A stretch of DNA of 64,000 nucleotides, from positions 68,278-132,277 of the forward strand of contig CAVVII010000003.1 in NCBI GenBank assembly GCA_963748055.1. The letters run 5' to 3'. Of this stretch, positions 1 through 10,756 are shown piece by piece. The notes under the pieces are model-generated. The model was not told the origin of the DNA and ran no database searches. It saw only the letters and a list, made by a program, of their open reading frames with translations. Position numbers and translations under genes: made by a program. The DNA comes from an uncultured Verrucomicrobiae bacterium. GTDB lineage: Bacteria > Verrucomicrobiota > Verrucomicrobiia > Chthoniobacterales > JAFAMB01. Each line of letters begins with the position of its first letter. The first letter of the stretch is position 1.

Positions 1-363
1 AAGAATATGGCTGTCCAGGTAACCGTCGGATTGCTGGGCGCCTGCAAGGAGTTGGATGGTTCCGTCTACGATCTCTTCGAGCTTATCGTCGGAATGGTGC
101 TGCAGGTAAGCACTGGCGGCTTCGAGCCACTTCGCCACATCCGAATCCCAAAAGATGCTGCCGCCCCAATACCATGAATTGGACTCCTGCCGGCCGCGGT
201 GCATTCGCTGATCGAGTCGCAACGCATCCAATTGCCCCTGATGCTGCATCTGGTCGAAGACGTGGGACAGGGTGACTTGTCCGACCAGTTGCTGTTTGAT
301 GCCCCAGAAGCCTTCGGTGATGGAAACGCGCGTCTGGTCCAATGGTTGCCAAGGGCGGTTCAC
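1..363 (-). CDS. GH127/DUF1680-family glycoside hydrolase (beta-L-arabinofuranosidase-like), N-terminal part; gene continues beyond the left edge
   Basis: The minus-strand frame is open from about 363 to position 1. It is not in the ORF track because it has no stop in the window. Translation ...SITEGFWGIKQQLVGQ...FWDSDVAKWLEAASAYLQHHSDDKLEEIVDGTIQLLAGAQQSDGYLDSHIL matches the conserved F-x-DSDVYKWLE and AQQSDGYLD blocks I recall from HypBA1-type GH127 enzymes. The start codon is uncertain; GTG at 363 is the first candidate. Confidence 0.6.
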   Translation of the reverse strand, partial: MNRPWQPLDQTRVSITEGFWGIKQQLVGQVTLSHVFDQMQHQGQLDALRLDQRMHRGRQESNSWYWGGSIFWDSDVAKWLEAASAYLQHHSDDKLEEIVDGTIQLLAGAQQSDGYLDSHIL

Positions 364-472
364 TACAGATTGTTTAGTCTGAATTCGGGATGAGGCGCAA
401 CAGGAGACGGCGGTAGAAAAACCGTCTCATTCCGACCTTGGAGGGATCAGGTGCCGCTTTTGACCGCGACGG

Positions 473-817
473 TCAAGCGAGCACCATGAGGACGATCTTC
501 ACCCCGGCGGCCACCGCCTTGTCGAGAGCCGGCACAAGCTCGGGACTGACGGGCGTAATCGCGATTCCCTTTACCCCCTGTGACACCATCGACTCGATCA
601 GGTTGATCTGACCGGCTGTATCGGTCGCCGATTGTCCTTGTCCGAAAATGATTTGGAGATCCGGATGTTTCGACGCGTACTCCTTCGCCGCGTCGTTGAG
701 GGTGAAGAAGAAATCGGCAGGGAATCTGGTGATAAATCCCACCTTGACCGCTTCCGCCTGCATGGAGGCCGCAAAGCCCAGGCTTAGCACTAACATTTTT
801 AATATTCGCATTTTCAC
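473..817 (-). pseudogene. Truncated periplasmic sugar-binding protein (ribose/galactose type), first 114 codons only
   Basis: MKMRILKMLVLSLGFAASMQAEAVKVGFITRF...GVKGIAITPV...AAGVKIVL is a signal peptide plus the first lobe of a type-I sugar SBP, followed by a stop. Full-length relatives in this window are about 330 aa. Confidence 0.6.
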
Positions 818-843
818 TTTCCTTCATGATGCTGGGCGGAGAG

Positions 844-1251
844 TTACATGCCCAGAGGCAGCCACGATGGACTCCCCAGTTCCCGGCCGGCATAGAAATT
901 CGCACTCGGCCCCAGATTGTCGAAAAGTGCAAGGTCTTGATATACGGTTTCGATTCCGGCGCTTCGGGCGTCGGCCGGAGAGTGAATTTGAACCGGCTTT
1001 CCACCAAGTTCGATGACACCTGAATCGACTCGATGAACGCCGCTGATGCATTTGATCAGGGTCGACCTGCCCGCGCCGTTGTGGCCAAGCAAAGCCAGCA
1101 CCTCCCCACGATTCACCTCGAGACTGACATCATCCAGAGCCACGATTGCTCCGAACCGCTTTGAGATATTTTTCAGAGCAAGCTCGGGGGAACGTTCGGC
1201 ACCTCGGTCGGGTCTCGATGGCTCGTCTTTGGAGTGGGCAAAGCTCATCAT
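844..1251 (-). pseudogene. Truncated sugar ABC ATP-binding protein, first ~125 codons
   Basis: Walker A (GHNGAGRST) and the Q-loop region (GIETVYQDLALF) are present. The signature motif, Walker B and a second NBD are absent. The ORF stops 27 nt before the SBP fragment start. Confidence 0.65.
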
Positions 1252-1496
1252 TTTAGCCCCAGCGATTGAAGGAGACGGAACCGCTCTTCGAGCGTTCCGC
1301 GCATGACGGCAGCTTCGACCGCCAGGACGATGATCACGCCGATCGCGATCAGCTGGAAAAAAATGTCAACGTTGAGAAGATTGAGCGCGTTCCGGATAAT
1401 CCCAATCATCAAAGCGCCGACCAGTGCGTGCTTCGCCTCGCGAGATTCCCTGGCTGCATAACGGGCGATGGAAAGGCATCTGCGCAACTCCTGCAC
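1248..1496 (-). pseudogene. C-terminal fragment of an RbsC-type ABC permease
   Basis: ...GALMIGIIRNALNLLNVDIFFQLIAIGVIIVLAV... resembles the C-terminal ends of the RbsC-like genes at 26534-26905 and 41716-41979. No N-terminal part is present. The frame stays open up to the IS630 end at 1631. Confidence 0.5.
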
Positions 1497-1680
1497 CCGA
1501 TGGACTAAGCAAATTGGCGATAATCCCCAAAAGCCTTCGAAAAAACGATCCTCAAAACCGGATCGGGCTACACCCGCGCGAGAATCTAAAACATTTCTGG
1601 CTTGGACCTGACCTGGCCGCCAATGTCGATCTAGTAGTTACTTGCAATTGACAGCGTAATAATTGTAAAAGTAGGTCGAT

Positions 1681-2229
1681 ATGAGTCGACCTGGTCCTGA
1701 AATCCGGCTTTCCACTGAGGAAAGAGAAATTCTTTTGCGTTGGATGCGAAATTCCAAAACCGAACAGCGCATGGTCGAACGAGCCAGAGCGATTCTCTTA
1801 GCTTGCAGCGGACTAAGCGGCAAAGAGGTCGCCTTAAAGATGAAGACTCGGGCGGCGCGCATCAGCAAGTGGCTCCGGCGATTTGCTCAAGACAGAATAA
1901 CCGGCCTTAGCGATAACGTTCGTTCAGGGGAAAAGCGCCGCAAGTATACTTCGCTGACCGAAAAACGGATCTTGAAAGCGCTCGATGAGCCGCCGCCTGC
2001 CGGCTACAGCCGCTGGAATGGGCGGCTGCTGGCCAAGCATCTGGGCGATGTGAGCAAGGACCAAGTGTGGCGGGTGATGCGGAAGCACGACTTACATCTT
2101 GAGCGCCGACAGAGTTGGTGCGTGAGCACCGATCCGGAGTTTAGTCGCAAGGCGGCCGATGTGGTCAGCCTCTACTTGAATCCGCCCCAGAACGTAGCAC
2201 CCATAAGCCAAAAGAAGACCGGTGGCTAA
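1681..2229 (+). pseudogene. IS630-family transposase, N-terminal HTH portion only (182 aa)
   Basis: LSTEEREILLRWMRNSKTEQRMVERARAILL...RISKWLRRFAQDRITGL... is collinear with the N-terminus of the IS630 transposase at 51473. It breaks off after ...VVSLYLNPPQN, where the catalytic domain should start. Confidence 0.75.
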
Positions 2230-2360
2230 AGAGCCATCCTAACGTGCATTTTCATTTCATCCCGACGCATAGCTCCTGGCTCAATCAGGTTGAATGCTGG
2301 TTTAGCATTTTGAGCCGCGGCGCCCTACAGGGCAGCAGTTTCACCAGCGTCCGCATGCTA

Positions 2361-3010
2361 AAGATCAATAGGAGATCCCCCGGCTGTGCCGGGGAGGCTC
2401 CCGAAGTTTGACTTTTAGAGCAGTCTTCCGGTTCGATGGGTTTGTGAGCCGACCAAAGCTACAAACCCAAACGAACCATGGAAGACTACCGAAGTCTTAG
2501 TCATACAAAATGGCAGTGCAAATATCACATAGTATTTATCCCAAAATACCGGAAACGGCAGCTGTACGGAGTAGTGAGGAAGCATCTTGGCGAGGTGTTT
2601 CACCGATTGGCAAAGCATAAAGAATGTTGGATTGAAGAAGGGCATGTCATGCCGGATCACGTGCACATGTTGATCAATGTGCCGCCGAAATTGGCGGTAT
2701 CGAGCGTGGTGGGATACATCAAGGGCAAGAGTGCGATTCACGTGGCGAGGCACTTTTTAAGGAGAGAGCGAAATTACGCTGGGCAGCGGATTTGGGCCCG
2801 AGGTTTCTTCGTTGATACGGTTGGACGGGATACCGAAACCATCCGCAAGTACATCGCCGAGCAAGAGATGGAGGATCGCAGGCTCGATCAGCTTGAGATG
2901 CCCGAAATAACACGAGAGTAACGAAAACACCAAAAAGCGACAAACAACAACAGCCGCTTTGAGCGGCTCACATCACCCAAGCCTCCGGTTTTACCGGAGG
3001 TCGTTGACTC
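2361..3010 (+). mobile_element. IS200-like element (IS200/IS605 family, tnpA only) inserted inside the IS630 remnant; ends approximate
   Basis: The TnpA ORF is flanked by subterminal hairpins at 2378-2394 (CCCCGGC/GCCGGGG), 2952-2968 and 2982-3000 (CCTCCGG/CCGGAGG). The element separates consecutive parts of the IS630 transposase C-terminus (...SVRML | LQAIEAF...). No tnpB is present. Confidence 0.6.
2478..2921 (+). CDS. tnpA: IS200/IS605-family Y1 (HUH) transposase TnpA, 147 aa
   Basis: MEDYRSLSHTKWQCKYHIVFIPKYRK...HVMPDHVHMLINVPPK (HUH motif)...WARGFFVDTVGRDTETIRKYIAEQ (C-terminal catalytic Tyr region). Size and motif order are typical for IS200 TnpA. Confidence 0.9.
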   Translation: MEDYRSLSHTKWQCKYHIVFIPKYRKRQLYGVVRKHLGEVFHRLAKHKECWIEEGHVMPDHVHMLINVPPKLAVSSVVGYIKGKSAIHVARHFLRRERNYAGQRIWARGFFVDTVGRDTETIRKYIAEQEMEDRRLDQLEMPEITRE

Positions 3011-3134
3011 CAGGCGATCGAAGCCTTTATTGCGAGCTGGAACCAAAACGCAGCTCCTTTCGAGTGGACCAAAAAGGAGGTCAAACAGCAAGAGATGAAG
3101 AGTTCTTACGCTGACTTATGCAATTAACTACTAG

Positions 3135-4185
3135 TGGAAGCCGTTCGCTTCGCAAACGGCGCGGCCGCGGTTTTTGTTAGCACTCCGGCCATAGCAGGAT
3201 AGCACATCCGATTCGGTTGGGCGTTTGGCTAGGTATCTTCCCGCTTCGGATAGGATGAAAGAAATCTCTTGTTCCTGGATCCGAGGCTCTTCGACTGGCT
3301 CGGGAACTTCGCCATCCGTAGTCCCGAGGATCAACCGATCATGCCAGGGAATTCCGAATAAGACCCGGCCATCCGATGTTTTTGGGACCATCAGCGCCGA
3401 CGTGCCAGGCAGGAACTTTTTGGGAAGCACCAAGTGCGCGCCTTGGCTTACAGCCAACATCTTGGCGCTGCCTGGTTCGTCCATCTTTCGGACGGAGTCA
3501 ACGAATACCCCGGTTGCGTTGACGACGACCCGGGCACTAACTTCGAGTTCGGCACCACTCTCTCGATCGTGAAGGATGGCTCCCGCTATTTTGCCGTTCT
3601 TTTTGGTGAGTTGGCTGACCTCGACGTAGTTTGCTACCAGTCCGCCCAAATCAGAGAGGGTGTGAGCTAGAGTGGTCGCCAATCTCGCGTCATCAAACTG
3701 GCCGTCAAAAATATGAAACTCCACCCCGCAGGTTATTTTGCTCAACAGTCGGCAGCTGCTTGATTGTCTCGGCCGTGCTTAGCGTTTTGGAACGTCCAAG
3801 AGAGAGCTTTCCCGAAAGCAAGTCATAGATCCCCAGACCGATGCCGTAGAAAGGGATTTGCCACAAGCGGTAGGCCGGGATAATGAATTTAAGCGGGTGA
3901 GCCAGGTGGGGGCATTCTTGAGCATCAAGCCCCGCTCATGGAGAGCTTCCCGGACGAGACTGATATTGCCCTGTTCCAGGTATCGCACGCCGCCATGCGC
4001 GAGCTTCGTCGCGCGACTCGAGGTCCCTTTGGCAAAGTCCGTTTTTTCGACCAGTAACGTGCGCAGCCCGCGGGAAGTGGCTTCGACCGCCGTGCCGAGC
4101 CCCCGGTTGCGCCGCCACCAATCACCAGGCAATCCCAGACCGTAGAACGATCCGAGATCGCCTGGATTGCGAGATTCCTGTCCAC
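3135..4185 (-). pseudogene. glpD: FAD-dependent glycerol-3-phosphate dehydrogenase, three frameshifts and 3' truncation at the IS630 end
   Basis: The protein reads in four frames: MDRNLAIQ...DCLVIGGGATG | LGTAVEATSRGLRTLLVEKTDFAKGTSSRATKLAHGGVRYLEQ... | HLAHPLKFIIPAYRLWQIPFYGIGLGIYDLL...NLRGGVSYF | DGQFDDARLATTLA.... The frame changes lie in homopolymer runs at 4100-4104 (C5), 3908-3912 (G5) and 3707-3711 (A5). The gene ends after about 350 codons at the IS630 terminus. Confidence 0.8.
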
Positions 4186-4200
4186 GACAATTAGAACTGC

Positions 4201-5682
4201 CTAGATCCAGGCTTTGGCTCGATCAAGTGCCTTGTTCCATCCCGCCCGGCGTTTATTGCGTTCGTCGTAGCTGATCTTTGGTTCGAAGGTACGGTCGGAA
4301 GCCCATTGCGAGGAAATTTCGTCCGTCGATTTGTAAAAGCCGACCGCCAGTCCTGCCAGGTACGCCGCACCCATGGCGGTCGTTTCTGGATTCGCTGCGC
4401 GGACCACGGGCACACCCAGCAGATCTGCCTGAGTCTGCATGAGGAGATTGTTGGCGCAGGCTCCACCGTCAACCCGAAGTTCAGCAAGGTTGATTGACGA
4501 ATCGGATTCCATCGCGGTGAGTAGATCGGCAACCTGAAAAGCGATGCCTTCCAGAGCAGCTCGAGCGATATGCGCAGCCGTACTCCCGCGGGTCAGTCCG
4601 AGGATTGCGCCCCGGGCATAGGCATCCCAGTGCGGAGCTCCAAGCCCGACGAAAGCCGGCACCAGATACACGCCGCCATTGTCCGGAACGCTTGCAGCCA
4701 AGGCTTCAACCTCCGGCGCCGTTTTGATGATTCCGAGGCCGTCGCGCAGCCACTGCACAACCGCTCCGGCGATGAAGACGCTCCCTTCAAGCGCGTATTC
4801 GGTGATGTTATTCTTTCGCCACGCAATGGTGGTGAGGAGATTATTTTTGGACGGGACAGCTTCGGTGCCGGTGTTCATCAACATGAAGCATCCGGTCCCG
4901 TAGGTGTTTTTCGCCATTCCTGGTTTGCTGCACATCTGGCCGAACAGAGCGGCCTGCTGGTCACCGGCAATGCCGGCGATAGGGAGCCCCTCGAGGGTGC
5001 CCACTGAGGACGTTCCATAGACTTCACTGGAACTCTTGGCCGTCGGGCAGCATCGAGCGCGGTACATGCAGGACGCTGAGCAGCTCGTCGTCCCAGTCCC
5101 GAGTGTGGATGTTGAAGAGCATGGTGCGCGACGCGTTGGTCTCATCGGTCACGTGGACCTGGCCTTTGGTCAGTTTCCAGATCAACCAGGAATCGACGGT
5201 ACCAAAAGCCAGTTCGCCGGCTCGGCCTTTTCGCGGGCGCCAGGGACGTTGTCGAGAATCCAACGCACTTTGGTTCCCGAAAAGTAAGCGTCGATGACCA
5301 AGCCGGTTTTCTTCTGGACGAGCGGCACCAGGCCGTCCGCTCGCATCTGATCGCAGATCGGAGCGGTCCGGCGATCTTGCCAAACAATGGCATGGCAGAT
5401 GGGATCTCCCGACTTACGATCCCAAACGAGGGCAGTCTCGCGCTGGTTCGTGATGCCGATAGCCGCAATATCTTTGTGGCTGATGGCTGCACGGCCGATC
5501 GCGTCAGCCGCAACGCCAATCTGGCTGGCCCATATTTCGTTCGCGTCGTGTTCAACCCATCCCGGCTGCGGGAAAAACTGGGTAAATTCTTTTTGTGCAA
5601 CGGCGATTACTTTACCTGAGTAATCGATCACCAGAGCTCGAGAGCTGGTCGTACCCTGGTCTAAAGCGAGTAAGTATTTCAT
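4201..5682 (-). pseudogene. glpK: Glycerol kinase, two frameshifts
   Basis: Collinear with E. coli GlpK as I remember it, in three frames: [15 protein letters not shown]...[14 protein letters not shown] | [47 protein letters not shown]...SMLP | SSEVYG...[13 protein letters not shown]...[11 protein letters not shown]...[14 protein letters not shown].... The frame changes are near 5215 and 5040. Confidence 0.85.
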
Positions 5683-5696
5683 AAATTTTCCTGAAA

Positions 5697-6457
5697 TCAG
5701 TTTGGGATTAGTGGGGGGTGCGGCGCGCTGCCGAAAGTGGCGGCATAAACAAGAGCGCCGATGACGCCGCCGATAATGGGTCCGGCGACGGGAATCCATC
5801 CGTAAGCAAAATCGGAGTCACGTTTGCCCGGAATCGGCAAAACCGCGTGGGCAATGCGAGCTCCCAGGTCACGAGCCGGATTGATGGCGAAACCCGTGGG
5901 TCCGCCTAAAGACAGACCGATTGCCCACACCAGGACCGCAACGACCCATGGCCCGATCGAGTTTCCACAAACCGGGCTGCTTTGGGTCAATGAAAAAGAG
6001 CATCGAGAGAACACCGAAAACCAGGGTAAATGTCCCGATGATCTCTGTCACTAGGTTTGCCGGATAATCACGAATGGCCGGACCTGTGCAGAAAACAGCC
6101 AGCTTCAAGTCAGCATTTTCCGTTGCCTCGAAATGTCTCCTGTAAGCGAGCCAAACAATGACGCCACCCAGGAACGCACCGATAATTTGCGCAATGATGT
6201 ATGGCACGACAGTTCGCCCACGGAAATTTTCCAATAACCGCGAGGCCGATCGTCACCGCGGGGTTAATGTGAGCGCCGCTGATCGGCCAAGATGCATACA
6301 CTCCCACGCCGACGGCCATGCCCCAGCCGGTCGCTATCACGATCCAGCCGGAGTTCTGTCCCTTTGTCTTACTTAAGACGACGTTGGCAACAACGCCGTC
6401 TCCAAAAATGATGAGCAACATCGTGCCGATGAGCTCGCCGATGAATGGATTATTCAT
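5697..6457 (-). pseudogene. glpF: Glycerol uptake facilitator (aquaglyceroporin), two frameshifts
   Basis: MNNPFIGELIGTMLLIIFGDG...SGAHINPAVTIGL (first NPA) | ...VVPYIIAQIIGAFLGG... | ...LGGPTGFAINPARDLG (second NPA)...[12 protein letters not shown]. The three pieces lie in three frames (ORFs 6110-6457, 5869-6234 and 5697-6014). Confidence 0.8.
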
Positions 6458-7065
6458 GAGTTACGTTTGATGGGGGCTGACAAGTTGAGCATTACGCTCT
6501 GATTTCTTGCGAACAAATGTGAGCGGGAAATCACGTTCTTCTAGAATTCAAATCGTGCGGACGCAAGCAAAATTGTCGAAAGGCGGTTAACTAATTCTCG
6601 TCGGGCAGGGCGACGGTCGCATCTTTTGAGGTTCCTTGCGCGAGGGAAGAAAATGTCAGGGCCGCCGAACTTCTGCTATTCGGGCGGTGCTGCTGACCGC
6701 CGGCAAGGGAATGACCTGTGAAAACTAATGACAGAATTGCCTAACAAATGTCAAGGAGCCGTTCGGATCGACGTATTGGGTTAGTTCGGAGCTCTCTTTC
6801 CTTTCCGCGCAGCTTACGCGATCCGTTTGCAGGCAAAGACCGACGATTCCTAGGCACCCTGATAAGCACAGGCGCCGAACCTGGCGGCATTACGATCCTA
6901 TCCGAGGAACGAAGTTGATTGAAATTGCGTGAACAAAGAGAGAAAAAGCGAGCAAAACCTCGGGGAATATGTAAACCTCAGATTGAATCGTTTTCTTCCC
7001 AGCGATCGCTCATCCAGCGTTGTTCGACCCCCCAGAAAAAACTAACCTTAAGAGGCTTCATCCCG

Positions 7066-8170
7066 ATGGCTTACTTGGAACTGACTAAGATCGAGAAATA
7101 TTACGACTCCTTTCACGCTCTGAAGAACCTCGATCTTCAGGTTGAAAAAGAGGAATTCGTCGTCTTTGTCGGACCCTCAGGATGCGGAAAGAGTACCCTC
7201 CTTCGCTCCATCTGCGGTCTCGAAACCGTCAGTAGCGGCAGAATCGTGCTCGATGGCAAGGACATTACCGATATCCATCCATCCAAGCGAAACCTGGCCA
7301 TGGTTTTCCAAAACTACGCGCTATTTCCGCATTTGAGCGTTTTTAACAACATCGCCTTTGGTCTTCAGCTGCATGGTATTTCCAAGGCCGATATCCGAAA
7401 GCGTGTTGAACGTGCGGCGGCCCTTTTGCATCTGGAGGAAATGCTGGACCGCAAACCCAAACAGCTTTCAGGAGGCCAACGTCAACGGGTCGCCATCGGG
7501 CGCTGTATTGTAAAGGCGCCTAAATTATTCCTTTTCGATGAGCCACTCTCCAACCTGGATGCGATGCTCCGGGTGCGGATGCGAGTGGAGCTGCTCAACT
7601 TGCACTATGAAACGCGTAACACGGTGGTCTACGTTACTCACGACCAAGTGGAAGCGATGACCATGGCGGATAAAATTGTGGTCTTGCAGGACGGTCGCAT
7701 CGAACAGTTCGGAAAGCCGATGCTCCTGTACGAACATCCGGTGAACAAGTTTGTGGCTGGCTTTATCGGATCGCCGCAGATGAACTTTCTCGCCGGCAAG
7801 GCGGGTGCTTCGAATTCGAATGGGATTTCATGCGCCGTCGACGGGCTCGGTACGCTGACACTGCCGCTGCAGGCGGATGGTTGGAAACCAAACGAATCGA
7901 TTACGTTCGGCGTTCGACCCGAACATATCGAGCTGGAAAGCCGGAGTATCGTCCACTCCGGTTAAGGGAGTCGTGAACATTGTAGAGAATCTCGGGGGCG
8001 AGACTTACCTGCATGTCGAAATCGCTCCGGGAGTGCCACTGATCATGGTCAAACTGCACGGCTCCCACGGTCCGACACGCGGAGAACGAGTTACACTCTA
8101 TCTGCCCGCGGACAGGATTTACCTTTTCGGCAATGAGGGGAACGCTATCCCGGTGAAGCCGTTAAAATAG
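7066..8170 (+). pseudogene. MalK/UgpC-type ABC ATP-binding protein, one frameshift before the C-terminal regulatory domain; no cognate permease adjacent
   Basis: GPSGCGKST, LSGGQRQRVAIGR, LFLFDEPLSNLD and VTHD are all present. The C-terminal domain continues in another frame (7877-8170, ...VKGVVNIVENLGGETYLHV...LYLPADRIYLF), so there is a shift near 7940-7965. ATG at 7066 (MAYLELTK) fits the family N-terminus; the ORF-track start at 6919 is an upstream extension. Confidence 0.7.
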
Positions 8171-8407
8171 TTCCAGCCTGCATCGCAACAATACCAGGCT
8201 CCGAGCGAGAGAGTTGGGGAGATAATTCAGTTCCCTTGCTTTTTGCAGAACGCGCTCGCGGGTGGCTTCGCTACCCGGTGTGCAGTCCGGAGGAAATGGC
8301 GAAAGGCCCCCTTCTCTGGACTTATTGCAGCTCCAGAACGAATTGCAGATCTTCCGGGCATCGCCCTCACAAACATTGATCGTGACGACACTGCCTTCCG
8401 CCTTGCA

Positions 8408-9040
8408 CTACTCCGAAAGGACTCTGGCAAACGTCTGTAGGATGAGCGCAGCGGAAGTGGCGCCGGCGTCGAGAACGCCTCGCGAACGTTCGCCAAGCCG
8501 GGCAGAGCGGCCAATTTTCGCAACCAGGTCAACCGTGGAATCTTTCCCTTTTTCGGCGGCATCGGCCATCTTCTTGAGCGCCTCCTGCAGCGACGCCCCC
8601 GCATCGACAGCCGCTTGATAGGTCTCCTGCGCTGGAATAACGGCGTCCATGAGAGTTTTATCGCCGACTTTTGCTCCCCCAAGATCCTCGAGGCCGTCAC
8701 GAGCTGCCTTGAGCATTTCACCGAACAGCCGGGCATCCGTCTCAGGCTTATCCTTTGATTTGAGACTCATCTGAATAAAGAAGGTGCCGTAAATAGGTCC
8801 CATCGACCCACCGATCTCCGTCATCAACGTTTTTCCTATCAAGCCGAGACCCTCGCTCAAGGAGACCTCTTTGTCGCCTAAGTGTTCTTTGATCAGATTG
8901 AATCCTTTCGCCATGTTAATGCCGTGATCGCCATCGCCAATCTTGCCATCGACTTCGCTCAGATACGCTTTGTTATCGAGTATCGTCTGGACTAGCGCCA
9001 GCACAACTTTACGCCCTTGGGAATTCGGGAAGTTAGCCAT
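8408..9040 (-). CDS. dhaL: DhaL/Dak2-domain subunit of a dihydroxyacetone/erythrulose-type kinase, 210 aa, intact
   Basis: ...LSEVDGKIGDGDHGINMAKGF...GGSMGPIYGTFF...VGDKTLMDAVIPA...RSARLGERSRGVLDAGATS. It starts 10 nt after the dhaK stop. Confidence 0.8.
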   Translation of the reverse strand: MANFPNSQGRKVVLALVQTILDNKAYLSEVDGKIGDGDHGINMAKGFNLIKEHLGDKEVSLSEGLGLIGKTLMTEIGGSMGPIYGTFFIQMSLKSKDKPETDARLFGEMLKAARDGLEDLGGAKVGDKTLMDAVIPAQETYQAAVDAGASLQEALKKMADAAEKGKDSTVDLVAKIGRSARLGERSRGVLDAGATSAALILQTFARVLSE

Positions 9041-9050
9041 GATAAAGTTG

Positions 9051-10061
9051 TTAGTGCGAAAGTTGAGTCAGGCCCATGCTTTCAGCTTCTAGATCAATCA
9101 AGGCCTTGAGTTCGTCGTCTACCTTCATCAGCGTAAAGCTGATTCCCATCATCTCCAGAGAGGTGAAGTAGTTGCCCACATACGATCTGTGAATGTTAAT
9201 CTTGGCCTCCTCGCAGAATGTCATACGCCTTGTTGAAAGCGATATAGAGTTCCATGACAGGAGTTGCGCCGAGCCCGGAGACCAACGCCACCACGTCGTC
9301 TCCCGCTTGAAATGGTAAATCCTTGAGAATGTGATCCAGACATAACTTCTGCTATCTCGTCCGCCGAATTGAGGTCGCTGATCATGACTCCCGGTTCACC
9401 GTGGTGCCCGATTCCCACTTCCATCTTTCCAGGCTCGATAAAAAAATTCGGCTTTCCGGCTGCCGGTATTGTGCATGAAGTCAGACCGACGCCAATGCTC
9501 CGCGTATTGTCGATAGCCTTTTGAGCGACTCGTATCACTTCATCAAGCGAGCCGCCCTGGGCCGATTTTGCCCCGCCGACCTTCCACATAAGGACCTCTC
9601 CTGCTACGCCTCGCCGCTTCTGCGGCTCTTCCTTTGGCGCGGACGCGACATCATCGTTCGCGACGACCGTTTTGACTTCGATACCTTCCATCGCCGCGAG
9701 CTGTTTTGCCATCTTCACGTTCATGTTATCGCCCGCGTAATTGCCGTACAAACAGGCGATGCCCGCGCCGCCGTTTGCAGCCTTAAACGCATCGAAAAAA
9801 ACTTGGGCGGATGGCGAGGCAAACACTTCGCCGACCGCCACGGCATCGCACATGTTCTTTCCGACATACCCGACGAAATGCCGGTTTGTGACCTGAACCG
9901 CCGCCTGTAACAACGCCCACCTTACCCTGGATAGGCGCCTTGATGTATTTCAAGACGCGAGGATTTTCTTCTAATGGTACGACCAGGTTTTTGTGACATT
10001 TCACAAAACCCTTAAGCATGTCTTCGACGACAAGGTTCGGATCGTTAATGATTCGTTGCAT
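9051..10061 (-). pseudogene. dhaK: DhaK/Dak1-domain kinase subunit, three frameshifts
   Basis: The protein reads in four frames: MQRIINDPNLVVEDMLKGF...VVTGGGSGHKPAF | VGYVGKNMCDAVAVGEVFASPS...GIGHHGEPGV...ADEIAEVM | LDHILKDLPFQAGDDVVALVSGLGATPVMELYIAFNKAYDIL | CEEAKINIHRSYVGNYFTSLEMMGISFTLMKVDDEL.... The shifts are near 9876, 9340 and 9213. Confidence 0.8.
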
Positions 10062-10555
10062 AGGGGGGATAAAATCGGGACGTTATACTTTGTGGAATTG
10101 CTTCATCGATTTCTTTCATCCGGTCGACTTTCGGTGCGGAGCGCCCGCCCTGGTAATCTGAGGCAAGCCAGATATCGACAAGCGATTTCGCGAGTTCTTC
10201 GCCGACCACTCGGCCACCCAAGGTCATGATCTGGCAGTCGTTGCTCTTCCGGGATCGCTCTGCCGAATAGGGATCATGGCAAACCGCAGCACGTATTCCT
10301 GGTACTTTATTCGCCGTGATGGCGACGCCAATGCCTGTGCCGCACATGAGAATTCCGCGATCATGTTTACCAGCCGCTACGGCCTGCGCGACGGTTAAGT
10401 GCGACATCCGGGTAAAGAACCGACGGATCCGGCTTATTCACACCGTAATCTTCTACGGGTATTCCTTTGGATTTCAGGTAGTCGACGATTTTGCCTTTTA
10501 ATTCAAAGGCAGCATCGTCAGCGCCAACCGCGATTGGTTTAGTCGGGGTGCTCAT
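10045..10555 (-). pseudogene. RpiB/LacAB-family sugar-phosphate isomerase, one frameshift
   Basis: MSTPTKPIAVGADDAAFELKGKIVDYLKSKGIPVEDYGV...YPDVA | LTVAQAVAAGKHDRGILMCGTGIGVAITANKVPGIRAAVCHDPYSAERSRKSNDCQIMTLGGRV.... The frame change is near 10400. Confidence 0.7.
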
Positions 10556-10756
10556 AGAGTTATGGAATAGGTTTGACGTCGTTAAATCGTGGTACCAATG
10601 GACGTCATTGTCGACTAAGTTTCATTCTTCGTTATAGCTGGTGCTTCGCAGGCGAGAGAGGTGTTCGTTGCCATGATTTGCTTGCGATCTCAAGAGATCG
10701 AGCCTCTCCTAAGATGCAGGCCATGGTTTCACCTTGCTCCGTTAAGGCTCCGATCG

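Larger units (their letters stand above)
1631..3134 (+). mobile_element. Decayed IS630-family element (internally deleted, carrying an IS200 insertion)
   Basis: The terminal inverted repeats are CTAGTAGTTACTTGCAATTGACAGCGTAATAA at 1631 and the reverse complement of 3103-3134, CTAGTAGTTAATTGCATAAGTCAGCGTAAGAA (26/32 identical by hand alignment). Inside is an IS630-type HTH ORF. After it come only out-of-frame pieces, HPNVHFHFIPTHSSWLNQVECWF (2235-2360) and LQAIEAFIASWNQNAAPFEWTKK (3008-3127). The DDE core is missing. Confidence 0.75.
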
